Assembly (NCBI GenBank): GCA_028534125.1
Contig: CM052837.1
Coordinates: 37,262,001 to 37,326,000, forward strand
Length of the DNA: 64,000 nt
DNA from: Lama glama
Taxonomy: Eukaryota
Direction: 5' to 3'
Below, one piece after another: positions 51,849-63,875 of this stretch. How positions within the stretch are numbered: position 1 is the first letter of the stretch; each line of letters starts with the position of its first letter. A program made the translations under genes and the position numbers. The notes beneath the pieces were generated by a model that searched no databases, had not been told where the DNA came from, and saw only the letters and a list, made by a program, of their open reading frames with translations.

Positions 51849-52479
51849 TTAGCTGAGGAATGAGAAATGGGGAAAAAAGAAGATCGGAGCTGGCAGAGGT
51901 CCAGGACATGCCTGGCCCAGAGGAGAAAGGAAGGCTGCGCTGCCCCTCCACCCCCTCTCTGTGGGTGGGCCGCAGGTCTGGGCCTTCCTCCCACTACTTT
52001 TCATTCCCCCCCCTACTTTCCAGGTGCCAGGCACCCCTCGACCTTCAGACAGCACCTCCGTTTCCACATAATCCAACTCTTGCCCCTCGGACCTCTAAGT
52101 AACCATAACAATGACAGACCGTAATTACTGAGTAAGCGCCCAGGTCTCTCCTTCCCAGGCACGACCTGCGGGGGCTTCGACGCTCAGGCCTGGACCCAGA
52201 GGACAGGCTGACTGGGGCTTAGCCTCCTCCCAAGAGTGAGGTCAGTAGGAGGGATGGGGGTGCCGAGGGGAGGCTCTGCCGCGGAACAGCCTGGGCGGGG
52301 AGCCAGGCGCAGACACGCCATGCTGGAAGGGTTCCCGCCACTGACCTCCCAGTAGTTGGAGGCAGAGGCGTCCCTTGCCTTGAGGAGGCTCCCGGGTCGT
52401 GACGCCCCAGGTTCCCAGGGAAGGGAGTCAAGTCTCTGGACGGTTCGTCCAAGCTGAGACCAGGAGGCGGGCCCAGGGC

Positions 52480-52850
52480 TGAAGATTCGGCTGGGAAGAG
52501 AGGTTCCCTCCATCGGGGTCCTGGGACCCGGGACCGCGCGGCGCGCTATCTTGCCGCAGCCCCTCCAGCCACGGGGACCAGGTCCCCACGCCTTGGGCTC
52601 TCCGCCCACCCTGCCTCCACCCCCGGGAGGGCGGGGCGTCACAGAGGCCGGCGATCCCCATGGCAACCGGCTGGACGCCGAGCGCGCGAGGCTGGGCGCC
52701 GGTGGCTCTGCGCACAGTGGGCGGCACTGCTCGGCGCTCTCCGGGAGGCAGGGCAAGTGGGCGGGCGCGGGGAGGCTGGAGGCTCGAGGCGGTGGGGAGG
52801 CGGGCTGGGGGTGCAGGCGGAGGTGGGCAGGCAGGCGCGAGTGGAAGTTG
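52480..52850 (+). promoter_or_regulatory. FNDC11: Probable FNDC11 CpG promoter with GC box, CRE half-site and RFX X-box
   Basis: GGGCGGGGCGTCA (52629-52641) and CCATGGCAAC (52658-52667), about 1.7 kb upstream of the coding exon. Confidence 0.5.
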
Positions 52851-54332
52851 ATTTAGGGGCAGTGGGCTTGGGGTCAGGGGTATGAAGTTGGAGGTGGAGT
52901 AGAATGTAGGTCTGGGAAGGCCCGCCAGGGCAGGCAGCTTCTTTCCCAGAGTTCACCAGCAGCCCCTCGACAGTTTTCCAACTGAGGCCGCTGGCAAATG
53001 AACACACTTCTGTCCCGTAGCCGGATCTGGAGAAAGAGTTCCCTCCAGAGGTGGCCTGAATCTGCCACAGCCTCTGGCCACCATGGGACTTGGAGTCCTG
53101 GGTCCTAGTCTCTGTTTGCACCTCACCCTGATACCCTCTCTGCAGCACCAAGGCTGGTCTGCCTCTGCCCCAGGAAGTTCAAGGCCTGGCCTTTGCCGGT
53201 GGGGCAGGGGGGAGGGGGCAACGGAGGGTGGGGGGACCAGCTTGAGTCCCAGCCTCACTTTGCACTTAGCAGTGCAGACTTGGGCGGGTCCCTTAGCCTC
53301 TCAGCTCCCATTTGTAATTCATCCAAACTTCAGGGGATTGGGACAACCTGAGATCTCCCAAGTGAAACCACTGGGTCTGTCTCACTGAGCTTGGAAGTGG
53401 CTGGGACCTGGGACAACAGCCAGGGATGCTGGCTCCTTCTCCAAGGAGCCCCAGCCTTGTGGCCACGGCCTGCCAGGCCTGGGGGGTGCACTGGCCCCCT
53501 CCCACTGACACACAGAGCTGGGAACCCACATGGGGGAGGGTGCAAAAGGAGACCCAGGCTCTGGGGTCCCTGCTGGGCTCAAAGCCCTGACTGAGAGCAA
53601 GCAGCAAAGTGTCCTGGCCTCAGGCACCCGCCCTGTGAGGCAGCGTGATGACACCTCACCACTTAGGGGCCTTTCTCCTGGAGTCAGTGAGCTCTCCAAG
53701 TTATACCTGAGACCCCAGGACACACCCTCAGCCATCAGGAGCTGGCACGATTACTCCTCAGAGCTGAGGCCTCGGCCAGCCTGCCCCCCGATCTGGCCCC
53801 ATCCCCAGCTGCCTTGTCTCTCAGAGACCTTGGTCCTCTGCTCTGTGCCTGCAGTGAGGCATGGAGGGTCTGCAGGACAGTGGTGTCCCCCACTGAGGTC
53901 TGGTGCTACTCAGACAGGATCACACTGAGTCCTCTCAGCTGCTCCAGAGGGGCACCGCAACCCCATCCAGATGTGGCTGCACCACTGGTCAATGGCTGGG
54001 CTCTGCACGGGCTGTTCTGGCCCCAAGCGCAGTCTCAGCCCTGCTCTATGCCATCAGAGCCAACAACCAGTAGTGTTGGCCCCTCAACGTCCACTTGCAC
54101 CCAGATCTGCAGCCTGCCCGCCTGGCCCTCCAAGCAGCCTCTTTCCAGAGAGTTGAGCCCTCCTCCCCCGGCCCCCGGGGAGGGCAGAGGGCCCAGCAGT
54201 GGGAGGGGAAGTGGGCCTGAAGTCACCCACACACAAACACTGCCCCCAGCGAGCCCTCAGGTGGGTGGCAGAAGCCCGTACGATGGTTCTAGCTCATGCC
54301 CTCCCCCCTCCCCCTTCCCCAGCTCCCAGACC

Positions 54333-55334
54333 ATGAATTTCCAGGTGACAGGCCTGGGCCTGGACAAAATGAAGCTGGACAGCCCCCAGTCCTTCCTGGA
54401 CCAGGAGGAGGCAGAGGAGGCTGAGGACAGGCAGCTGCTGGAGCCCGAGGCCTGGCGGACCTACGTGGAGCGCCGCAACGCTCTGCGTGAGTTCCTGACC
54501 TCAGACCTGAGCCCCCAGTTGCTCAAGCGCCACCATGCCCGCATGGAGCTCCTCAGAAAGTGCTCCTACTACATCGAGATCCTCCCCAAGCCCCTGGCCC
54601 TGGGTGACCAGAACCCGCTGGTGCTGCCCAGCACCGTGTTCCAGCTCATCGACCCCTGGAAGTTCCAGCGCATGAAGAAGGTGGGCACAGCCCAGACCCA
54701 GATCCAGCTACTGCTGCTTGGGGACCTGCTGGAGCAGCTGGACCACGGCCGCGCTGCACTGGACTCCCTGCTTGAGTCGCCCGACCCTCGGCCCTTCCTG
54801 GCTGGCTGGGGGCTCGTGGAGCGGCGGCTGGCGGACCTGTCGGCCGTCATGGACAGCTTCCTGGCCATGATGGTGCCGGGGCGTCTGCACATCAAGCACC
54901 GCCTGGTGTCCGACGTTGGCGCCACCAAGATCCCGCACATCCGGCTCATGTTGAGCACCAAGATGCCCGTCATGTTCGACCGCAAGGAGTCGGTGGCCTA
55001 CCAGGACTGGGTCAGCCTGCGCTGGTTCGTCACCATCCAGCCAGCCGTGCCCGAGCAGTTTGAGCTGCGCTTCAAGCTGCTGGACCCACGGACACAGCAG
55101 GAGTGCCTGCAGTGCGGCATCATCCCCGTGGCCGCCTGCACCTTCGACGTCCGGAACCTGCTGCCCAACCGCTCCTACAGGTTCACCGTCAAGCGGGCCG
55201 AGAGCTACACGCTGGTGTACGAGCCCTGGCGGGACAGCCTCACCCTGCAGACCAGGCCAGGGCCCCCCGAAGGGCCAGCCCCCAGTCGGCTGGGCAAGCC
55301 AGGCCTGCCCCTGACCACACCTTCCGAGAGATGA
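54333..55334 (+). CDS. FNDC11: Fibronectin type III domain containing 11 (C20orf195), single coding exon, 333 aa
   Basis: ACCATG at 54333 just after acceptor CCCCAG (54322). [53 protein letters not shown]. Confidence 0.93.
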   Translation: MNFQVTGLGLDKMKLDSPQSFLDQEEAEEAEDRQLLEPEAWRTYVERRNALREFLTSDLSPQLLKRHHARMELLRKCSYYIEILPKPLALGDQNPLVLPSTVFQLIDPWKFQRMKKVGTAQTQIQLLLLGDLLEQLDHGRAALDSLLESPDPRPFLAGWGLVERRLADLSAVMDSFLAMMVPGRLHIKHRLVSDVGATKIPHIRLMLSTKMPVMFDRKESVAYQDWVSLRWFVTIQPAVPEQFELRFKLLDPRTQQECLQCGIIPVAACTFDVRNLLPNRSYRFTVKRAESYTLVYEPWRDSLTLQTRPGPPEGPAPSRLGKPGLPLTTPSER

Positions 55335-55354
55335 TTTTCTGATATTTATCCACT

Positions 55355-55372
55355 AATAAAGAGGAAAATAAA
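55355..55372 (+). terminator. FNDC11: Tandem AATAAA polyA signals of FNDC11
   Basis: AATAAA at 55355-55360 and 55367-55372, 20 nt after the stop. Confidence 0.8.
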
Positions 55373-55740
55373 CACATGCACACAATGAGAGAGACCAACC
55401 TGCTCACGCTTGAAAGGCGGCAGCAGCTGTGAGAGTCTTTCCTGACCCAACCCAGCCCACCCTCAAGCCCCAGGCCTCCAGCTCCTGCACCTTTTCCAGG
55501 GAGAGCCCCGGCCAATCTTTCCAGGACACTGACCCCTGGAGCGAGAAGCTTCAGCCCAGCATGTGGCTGCCCCGAGGGCTCCACCCCTGGGCCCCAGCCC
55601 CTCCCACATCTCCCCCACCCACCCCCTCCATGACCAGCTGTGGGCCCAGCACAGGCTCCGCTCTTTCCCGCCTCCTGGGCTGGGATTCCCCAAGGGAAGA
55701 CAATACCCCCAGGCCCTGCCCAGGCCCCACTGGGGGCCGT

Positions 55741-56059
55741 CACCGCCCTGTTACCACCGCCCCAGTTCCACTGCCCCCAGTACCCCCGCCCCAGTTCCAC
55801 CGCCCCAGTTCCACCGCCCCCAGTTCCACCGCCCCCAGTACCACCGCCCCCAGTTCCACTGCCCCCAGTTCCACCGCCCACAGTACCTCTGCCCCAGTAC
55901 CACCGCCCCCAGTACCACCGCCCCAAGTACCTCTGCCCCCAGTACCACCGCCCCAGTACCACCGCCCCCAGTACCACCGCCCCAAGTACCTCTGCCCCCA
56001 GTACCCCCGCCCCAGTTCCACCGCCCCAGTTCCACCGCCCCAGTACCACCGCCCCCAGC
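55741..56059. repeat. Minisatellite/VNTR, 14-15-bp unit CCACCGCCCCCAGT(A/T), ~21 copies
   Basis: Directly visible array with variant units (CCTCTG, CCCCCG, CCAAGT). Confidence 0.95.
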
Positions 56060-57113
56060 TTCACCGGAGACACGGGGCCCATGGCCAAGAGGACATTTCT
56101 TTTAACGAAAATTAAAGTCTTATCTTCTCCCCAAACGAAGCTGAAGTTCACTGCAGCCCCACCCAGGGTGACGCCCACCCGGGGTGGCCGAGGTCCCAGT
56201 AAGGGAGCCTGGCCAGGTCTTGTTTGGGTGGTCCTCCCTGCAGTTCGTCAGCGCTTCCCACCAACTTCCAGCGTCCAGCCCGTGTGGGTGACCTGGGGAG
56301 TCTGTCCTCGTCCTCTGTGGTCGTGTCACCCCCCAGATCGGCCAGCAGCTCGCTCCCTCCCCGCACACACGTCCACTTCTGGAAGGCGATGTGGCCGTTG
56401 CGTCCATGGGTCCAGGAGGGACAGCCCTGGCTGTGCTGTGTGCCCCGGCTATGGCTGAGGAGGACTGTCAGTGGGAAGAGGCCCAGAACCACCCCCAGTA
56501 CACTGATAACTAGCTTTCCGCCCCTCACCACAGACACTATGGTGGTCACCACGACAGACCTCTGAGAAGAGAAGGTGTGGCCAGGAAGACAGCCCCCCCC
56601 ACTGACACGTGGCTGGTTGAGGGGCCCCCAGCTGTGCCAGGAAGGCCCAGCAACCCCCTCCCCGGCTGTGGACAGTGCACTGCAGGGTTGGGGCGGTCTA
56701 GCCTGGGGCCCCCTCCGAGGCCTCTTCAGCCTCTGACGCACTCATGGTGCTGTGTGCTGGCCAGGGGCTAAGCCATACTGTCACACGCTCTGCGGCATCA
56801 CACGGCAGGACACAGACACGGCCTGAGGGGCAGATCCAGGTCCTCAGTACTGCAAAGAAACGCAGATCCAGCTGGGTGGCCCTGCCCTGGGAGCAGGCCC
56901 GAAGCTGCGAGGGGGCTGCGGAGCTCAGAGTAGAGCCCCATGTCCACAAGGGGCTTGTCACCTGGTTCCCCTGCCTGAAGGACACAGGGGTGTGGGTCTG
57001 AGTTAGATGGCGCACTGATGGCCGAGAAAAGGCCCTGTCTTCCCTCCGGGGAGGCCTCCCTGCCTTGAGTTTGGGCTGAGGACCCTGCTCCAGTAAGAGA
57101 CGCTAGCTTTTGG

Positions 57114-57119
57114 TTTATT
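57114..57119 (-). terminator. Retained polyA signal of the HELZ2 locus
   Basis: tttatt about 410 nt downstream of the inferred ancestral stop (57532-57534). Confidence 0.55.
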
Positions 57120-60100
57120 TGAAACTAGAGAATGAATCGAGCCCCACAGACCACACCCAGTGTAGTCAGAGACGGTCCAAGAACAGCCCCGACGGGGTTC
57201 CCGTCCTGACCCCAAACCTTCCCAGTGACACTAGAACCACTCCAACCCGAGATGCTCCCTGCCACCAAGTGCCCCAGTGCAGCAGCTCAGGAGGGTGGAG
57301 CGCAGACTCGTCCCCTTTCCTCCCAAGTCTGCACACAAGGCGAGGCTGGCCTGCTCCCAGCCTGGGTGGTAACTGTGCACTGCCACAGCTGGCCCCCCGC
57401 GACCCCTGCTCAGTCTGGCAGTGACCACTGAAGGCCCGTGGGTCCTGCTGAGAGGGGCCCGCCAAGGCGGTGGTAGAAGAGGGCTCTGGACTCTCCCGTG
57501 CTGTCCTGGAAGCCTGAGGGCAGTGAGGTCTTCAGGGAGAGTGTGACTTCCCATAGACTTTCACCTCCGAGGCGGGGCCAGGCTCTGCTGGGCCTCACAG
57601 AGGTCCAGGAGTCAGGACCAGACCGGGCAGCAGCGCAGAAGGTGGTGGTCTCCTGCGAGGGGAAGCAGGAGTCAGAGGTAGCCCTGCCTGCAGGAGGAGC
57701 GGCCCCAGCCCTCCGTCCCTGACCAGCTCTCACCGAGACACAGAGCCCCTCCTGGGCCCGGGCGAGGGCCATGGTCACTTGGATGGGGTCCGCAGTGATG
57801 CCCAGGGCGTTTTTCAGCCAGTTCTTAGTCGGTCGCGGGTCTATGTCACTCTTGTCACAGGTGCGGACCATGCTCACTATAACATAGTGCCACTGGCTCC
57901 CGTGGAGGCGAGGCGAGTCTGGTGAGGCCCCTGCCACCCACCCACCTGACCCCTCGCGCACAGGCCTCCCGCCTAGTGCCAGCCCCACCCTGACTCTTGG
58001 TGATGGAACACACGGTCACTCGTGGAACATCTTCCTGATGCTCAAGTCTCTTGCTGATCTCAGCCAGCTGGGCATTGTAGGGCGTGAGGATGGCAATGTT
58101 CTTGGGGCCCACTGTCCCCCTCAGAGGCAGCTCTCTGGCGATGCAGACCTGAGGGACCAGGGGTGCCGGTGAAGCCAGCCCTGATGTCTGTCCCACCCTG
58201 GGCTCCCTCAGCGACTCTGCCTCCTCCCCCAGGGAGCCCTCCCAAGCAAGGGGTACCAGGGAGGGCCCGGGGGAGGGCCGCCACCACTGCCATCTCCTCA
58301 TCCTTCGCCTTGGAATCCTCACCCTCTTTGTCCGTAGACAGCAGCCGGCTCTTCTGTTTGCTCTGCAAGTGGCCAGAGATGACCGAGCAGCCCTTCTCGT
58401 CAGCGTGGCCCAGGACACTGGGCGGCCTGCCCAGGCCCTGCCAGGTCTTCAGTTCCCTTTCGTAGAACTCCCCTGAGGGGAAGGCACAGATGCGCTCATG
58501 CTGGAAGGCAGGGACAGGAGTCAGGGCCAGGCTGGCCCTCGCCCACCTTGGGCCCAAGAGCTCTGGGCACTCAGCATGTGGTACTGCATGTCCCACAGGC
58601 AGGCACCCCTGAAGTACCTCTGTCACAGATACCGGTCCAGCCCCAGCTTCTGCAGCAGCTCACTCTTGACCACAGGCCGCAGCTGCTTGTGGTCCCCGAG
58701 AAGGACCACCTGGGAGGACAGGCAGGCATGGTCCTGACCCCTCGGCCAGCAGCGCCCCACCCTGGAGCTGCCCACGTATTCCCTGCACCTCTGCACCCCC
58801 AGGGACACACGCCTGGGCTCTCAGCTCCTGCTTTACCCACCTTCTCAGCCTGGGAGAAGTTCACCAGGGGAATGAGGGTCTCTGGCTCCGAGGCCACACC
58901 CGCCTCATCCGCAAGGATCTGCCGGATGTCCAGGTCCCCAAGGCTGGCGGAGCCCGCATGCCAGCACGTGCACAGGACGGTGCAGTGCCGGTCAAGCTCG
59001 AATTTCCAAGCCTGCCCTAGGACTTTCCTGTACCTATGGGGACACCATATGGTCGCCCAGGCTGCACCCCTGCACCCTAGGCCAGGAGGCAGCCCCATGG
59101 CTTCAGCTGCTTACCAGCTGAGGTCCTCCTTGGAGAAGATCTCCCCTTCCTGCAGCCGGGCACCGAGGCCCTGACGTCAGCCGCATGGGCGTTGGAAGAC
59201 TGCCGGACCCGGTGATGCAGGGCGATGCTCCTGCGGCGGGTGGCAGTGAGAAGACCTGTGTGAAGCCGTGTTGGCTCCTGCCCGAGGCAGGGCCAGCTGG
59301 ACAGCCCCCGCCCCTCGCCTCCACCCTGTATAGAACAACAGTGGAGAGGCTGCACCTGAGGGTCTGGCTGGGCCTCCCCACCTGAGGGGTCTTCTTAGGG
59401 GGCCCCTGCTGCCCACACCCGGCACTGGGCACTCAGTGGCCTCCTCCTGCTCCCTGTGCACGCGAAGGGGCTTCAGCTTTGCCCTCCTGCTCAGGAGAAG
59501 TGCTGGGGAAGCCAGGGTGTGAGTGACGGCTCCCGGACCCAGCTCCCCCGGGCAGAGCCCCTCCGGCTGCCCCGGTGCGCCTGCCAGCACGCCACCGACT
59601 GGTTGGAGGGGCTGCAGCACAAGATGGGGGCCCCCACAGCTGGCCACTGTGGGAGCCATAGGCTGGCACCTGCTCCTCGTTTGAGGTGCAAAGCCAGTAG
59701 GCAGTGTGGACACCCAGCACCGTCTTCCCAGAGCCTGTGGGCAGAGCATGGGTTGAGCAGAGCCCCCACCTGCCTGCCTGGGCAGTCTCGCAGCTCCCCC
59801 AAGGTGGGTCCCCCCTGGTGGGCCCCAGATGACCGTGAACTGCTTCTTCAGAGCCTCCCTAACGGCCTTGTTCTGGCTTGGGTTCAGCTTGTGATGGCCT
59901 CCAGGAATGTCGAAGGCTGGTCATCCAGGAAGCTGCTGGGGGTCCCTGAGGAAGGAGGCAGACCTCTGAGGACTGGCCGGGGCAGGGCCGGAGAGGTGAA
60001 GCTGAGGGCTCCCCATCCACCCACCTCTGTGGAGGGGCTGCTGGCTGGCCCTGGGCTATGCTGATGACCCACGGGGATGCACGCTTGAGCCAACGCACAG

Positions 60101-60657
60101 CTTCTTCTTGGCAGCTGGGGCAGGTGGGGGTGAAGATGGATACCAGACACCAGCAGGATCTTCCCGGGCAAGGAGCACTGCCCACGGGCCACCACCCCAG
60201 AAGGAGACGGGGGTTCCCAGCACACCCAGCCCACCCGCCAGCCTCTCCCCGGAAGCCACTCACAGGCCCCGGGCGGTGAAGCGGCCCCAGGCCTCAGCAC
60301 CTCTTCCAGAACCACACCCATGGCCACGTGCTGAAGGAGGAAGGGCACCTGCTTAGGTGCGTCCCGCAGGTTGGCCCAGCCCTCCTTTGGGCTCCAGTCC
60401 TCCGCCAGCCCGGGTGTCACCCAGGTATGTGTGTCGGGGTCATTGTTTCGGACAGGGATGACGCAGCTGGCCGGGGGGCGTGGTGTGGCCAGCAGCCCTT
60501 CGAATCGGATGCACGGGTAGCAGTGGCCAAAGCTGATGTCAATGCCATGCTCCCGGAGGAAGGCGGGCTCCAGGCAGAAGGTGCCCTGCAGCTGCCCCTG
60601 GGGCGTCTGCTCCGCCCCACAGGGTATGGCCACATCCTGCAAAGTCACAGGATCGTT

Positions 60658-60698
60658 CTAAGCCTGGAGTCGGCGCGGGCAGCCGACTCCAGGCTTAG
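60658..60698. repeat. Perfect inverted repeat (17-bp arms, 7-nt loop)
   Basis: CTAAGCCTGGAGTCGGC-GCGGGCA-GCCGACTCCAGGCTTAG. Confidence 0.95.
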
Positions 60699-63600
60699 TC
60701 TTCCACGTCCTGGTGCCAGTCCCGACCCCCCTGGGGCACACAGGGCGAGAAGCCGTCCCCTGGCTGCTCCACGTGCTCCAGGCAAAGGCTGAGGTCAGGC
60801 GCCACAGACCACAGCTGCGGGACTGGCTCCAGGAGCCTACGCTACAGGGCGGCACTGAGCTGGAGCTGTACGTGCAGTGTATCCCCACTACCAGCTCCCG
60901 GGCTGCCTCCACGAAGGGCCGCAGGCGCTCCACCTCGCCTGTCCCGGCTCCTGCTGCTGGGGCTCGAAGCTGGGCTCGCCCCACTGTCCACCCTCGGCTT
61001 CTTCATCAGCCTCAGCAGCTGCTGCCACTGGGTGGCGTCCACAGGCTGGACACATGGGTCAAGCGGGGTGCCGGGCAGTGGGGGGCACCGCCCACCGGCC
61101 TGCGTGGAGTAAGCGTGGTGCCGCCATAGGAGCTGCAGCTGCAGCCACCTGGCCAGCCACAGGAGTGCCTGGCCGGCCGCAGGGGTGCGTAGCCGGCTGC
61201 AGGGGTGCTTGGGTGGCTGCAGGGAGCTGCAGTGCACGGGGTCGAGGTCCAGAAGGGTCTTGTGGCTGGCTGGGAAGAACAGCTTGAAGCAGGTGTCCTC
61301 CGCGGCCACCACAAAGCCCAGCTTGCTTTGCGGTTGGGTCTTGAGCCGGGTGGCCAGGTTCAGGCCGCGAGCCCAGCGCTGGAAGTTCTGGGCGCACCTG
61401 TACTGGCCACTGAAGTCCTGGCAGAGCTCATCAATGTCTCCGGGCGTGCAGGGGGACCCTCCTTGGCCCAGTGCCAGCAGGATCTGCCGCTGCAGCACCA
61501 CATCCAAGTACCTGCAAATGGGTGAGGTGGCCCAGGTGTACCTGTCCACCTGCAGCAGGTAGTGGCCATCCAGCTCCATGTCCTGGCGGCTGAAGACTGT
61601 GCGGCCTTGGGCCCTGCACAAGTCAAGGAGGGCAGGAGCCAGGCAAGGGTGCTCATCGTCCGTGGCGATGAGATCCGCCAGTCAGATGAAGCCCTGGGCG
61701 TGGGCTGCAAGCTGGAGTTACCTCTAGACGGAGACCAGGATGTGGAGCTGCAGGTCTGGGGAGATGTAGGAGCTGAAGCTGCCCAGCCGGTGGTGGCAGA
61801 GGTGTGGGGACAATGGCACCCAGTCCTCCTGGTCCTGGCTCAGGGCTCGGAGCCAGCTGAAGCTGGGCTCGCGCTGCACCCGCAAGGGTGTGACCCCCTT
61901 TGTACCCTCACTGTCCACCAGGAATTTGGCCACCTGGCTGTTGAACTGGACCATGTACTCCTCGACCATCCTGTGGGCCACGCGGAAGCCCAGCACGCTG
62001 TCCCCGTCAGCTGCTTGTAATGACCGTCGCCCCTGAGGCGGCGCTGGCACAGCAGGCGGGAGAAGTAGCACGCGGCTGCCACGCAGGCGTGCACAGAGTC
62101 CAGGCAGGCTGGCAGCTTGAGGCCGGCGCCCCGGTGCCCCCGGTCACCTGCTCCGCCTCCGTACGGGTCAGCTGGTGGTCAGAGCAGATCACAGCGGGTG
62201 CAGAGCACTCGCTCTTGAGCTGGCTGCTGCCCTTCTCGGTCGTCAGGAAGCGGGAGACGGCTAGGTGGTGCTGGCCTGGCAGGAGGCTGGCTGGCAGCAT
62301 GGACCCTGCTCCTGGTCAGGGGCGTAGATGGTGGCCCCCCCCGCCTGCAGGCCTCCAGGCCCAGCGCCCTCATCCCTGGGCATGCAGCTGGCCATGTCAG
62401 CGGTGTGCGTGGCCACCTCATACATGGGGCCCCGGTCCTGGGCGCTGATGGCGCCGTCCAGGTTGCAGGTGAGCGGGGGTCCACGGCGAAGGCCAGGAAG
62501 CTGCTGCAGCCCTCCAGGCAGCTGGGCACCCGGCTGAGCTCAGCGTGGTGCCTGTGCAGCGCCTCGCGGACCGAGGCCGGGTGTGGGGAGGCTCCTTCAG
62601 CCTGCAGGCCAGGTCAAAGATTTGGAGACTGCTCCCAGGTGGTGGCCTCGGGCAGCACCTTTAGGACGCCCAGTGGGTAGTAGAAGTGCTCCCGCCACAG
62701 AAGGACACACACCCAGAAGAGGCGGCAGTGCCGGGCCTCCACCGAGAGCGGCTCGTGCCCCACGCGCTGCACGCGGCCCTGCAGAAGGTGGTGGACAGGC
62801 ACCTGCAGTGGGTCCTGCAGCCCAGCCACGAAGACCTTGGTGGCACAGCCATTGACGGGGGTCATGACGCAGGGGTCCCACTCGTCCACATGGCACACGA
62901 ACGCCAGCTGGCGATGCTCCCTCTGATGAATGCTCAGCACGCAGCCCTGAGGCCACCCGGCCCAGCTGAGGACCTGCACCAGCGCCTCGTCCCCAGGGAA
63001 TGCCATCCCGCAGTGCAGGCGGCCCTTGAGCTGGTTGGGCCCAAACTTCCCATCGTCCAGCGGACGCTCTCACCTCCCGGAGGCTCTCTCGCAGGAAGGC
63101 GCAGCGGCAGTGCTGCTGGGGCCACTTGTGGAGAAGTTTCTGCTGTTTGGCTTCCGGCAGGTTCACATACTGCCACGCCGGCTGGGGAGACAAGGGCCGG
63201 GCGAAGCTGTCCAGCAGCCCATCCTCCTGGACGGTCACTGTCACGTCCCGGCTGTGGTCCAGGAGCTGCTGCGGGCGGGGCTCGTTGCTGCCGAGCTCCC
63301 TGTCAGAAGGCCAAAAGCCCACAGGGCCCTCGGGCTCCCTGATCTCTGGGGCTGACGGTCCTGCCACAGCGCTTCTGGGGACCATGCCCCTCCCACATGT
63401 GCTGTGGCCCACCCCCCACTACCCCCTCCTCTGGAACAGTGTCCTTGGCATCTGCTGCCACAAACCTTTCTGTTTCTTGGGCCGCAGGCTGCCAGCAGCT
63501 GGCCCAGCTCTGCTTCTGGATCTGCTCCAGCGACAGGCCCTCGGGGCAGACGGCGCCGTGCTCCACACACTCACGGAGGAAGCTCCCCCAGAGCTTGCTG

Positions 63601-63817
63601 CAAGCCTTCAGGGAGCAGAGGGCCACAGCGTTGCCCACGCCGCCACCTGGGCCTGCGTGTGGGTCGTGACGGTGCTGAGCACGCGGGCGTCCGTGAAGCA
63701 CCCTGGGGCCGGTGCCCCCGGCTCAGCAGGCTGCGGGTGGTGTGCAGCGCGCCCAGCACCACCACCCGGAAGTCCCGCCTGAGAGGGGGGCAGTTACAGG
63801 GTCAGGCTGGGCCAGAA

Positions 63818-63875
63818 GAGGGAGGGGAAGGGAGGGGGGAGGGGAGGGGGAGGGGACAGGAGGGGAGGGGAGGGG
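63818..63875. repeat. G/A-rich low-complexity tract (GGGGA)n
   Basis: Directly visible, in a short HELZ2 intron. Confidence 0.8.

Noticed and set aside
53814-54332. 173-codon in-frame upstream extension of the FNDC11 ORF (506-aa ORF in the track)
   Set aside because: It starts at TTG, crosses a clear polypyrimidine/CAG acceptor at 54322 and has no recognisable homology; the true start is the ATG at 54333.
55741-56059. CRISPR-like array
   Set aside because: Eukaryotic context, and the units are contiguous with no unique spacers.
55240-56458. Long Pro-rich and Gly-rich ORFs on both strands
   Set aside because: They are by-products of the stop-free 15-bp VNTR.
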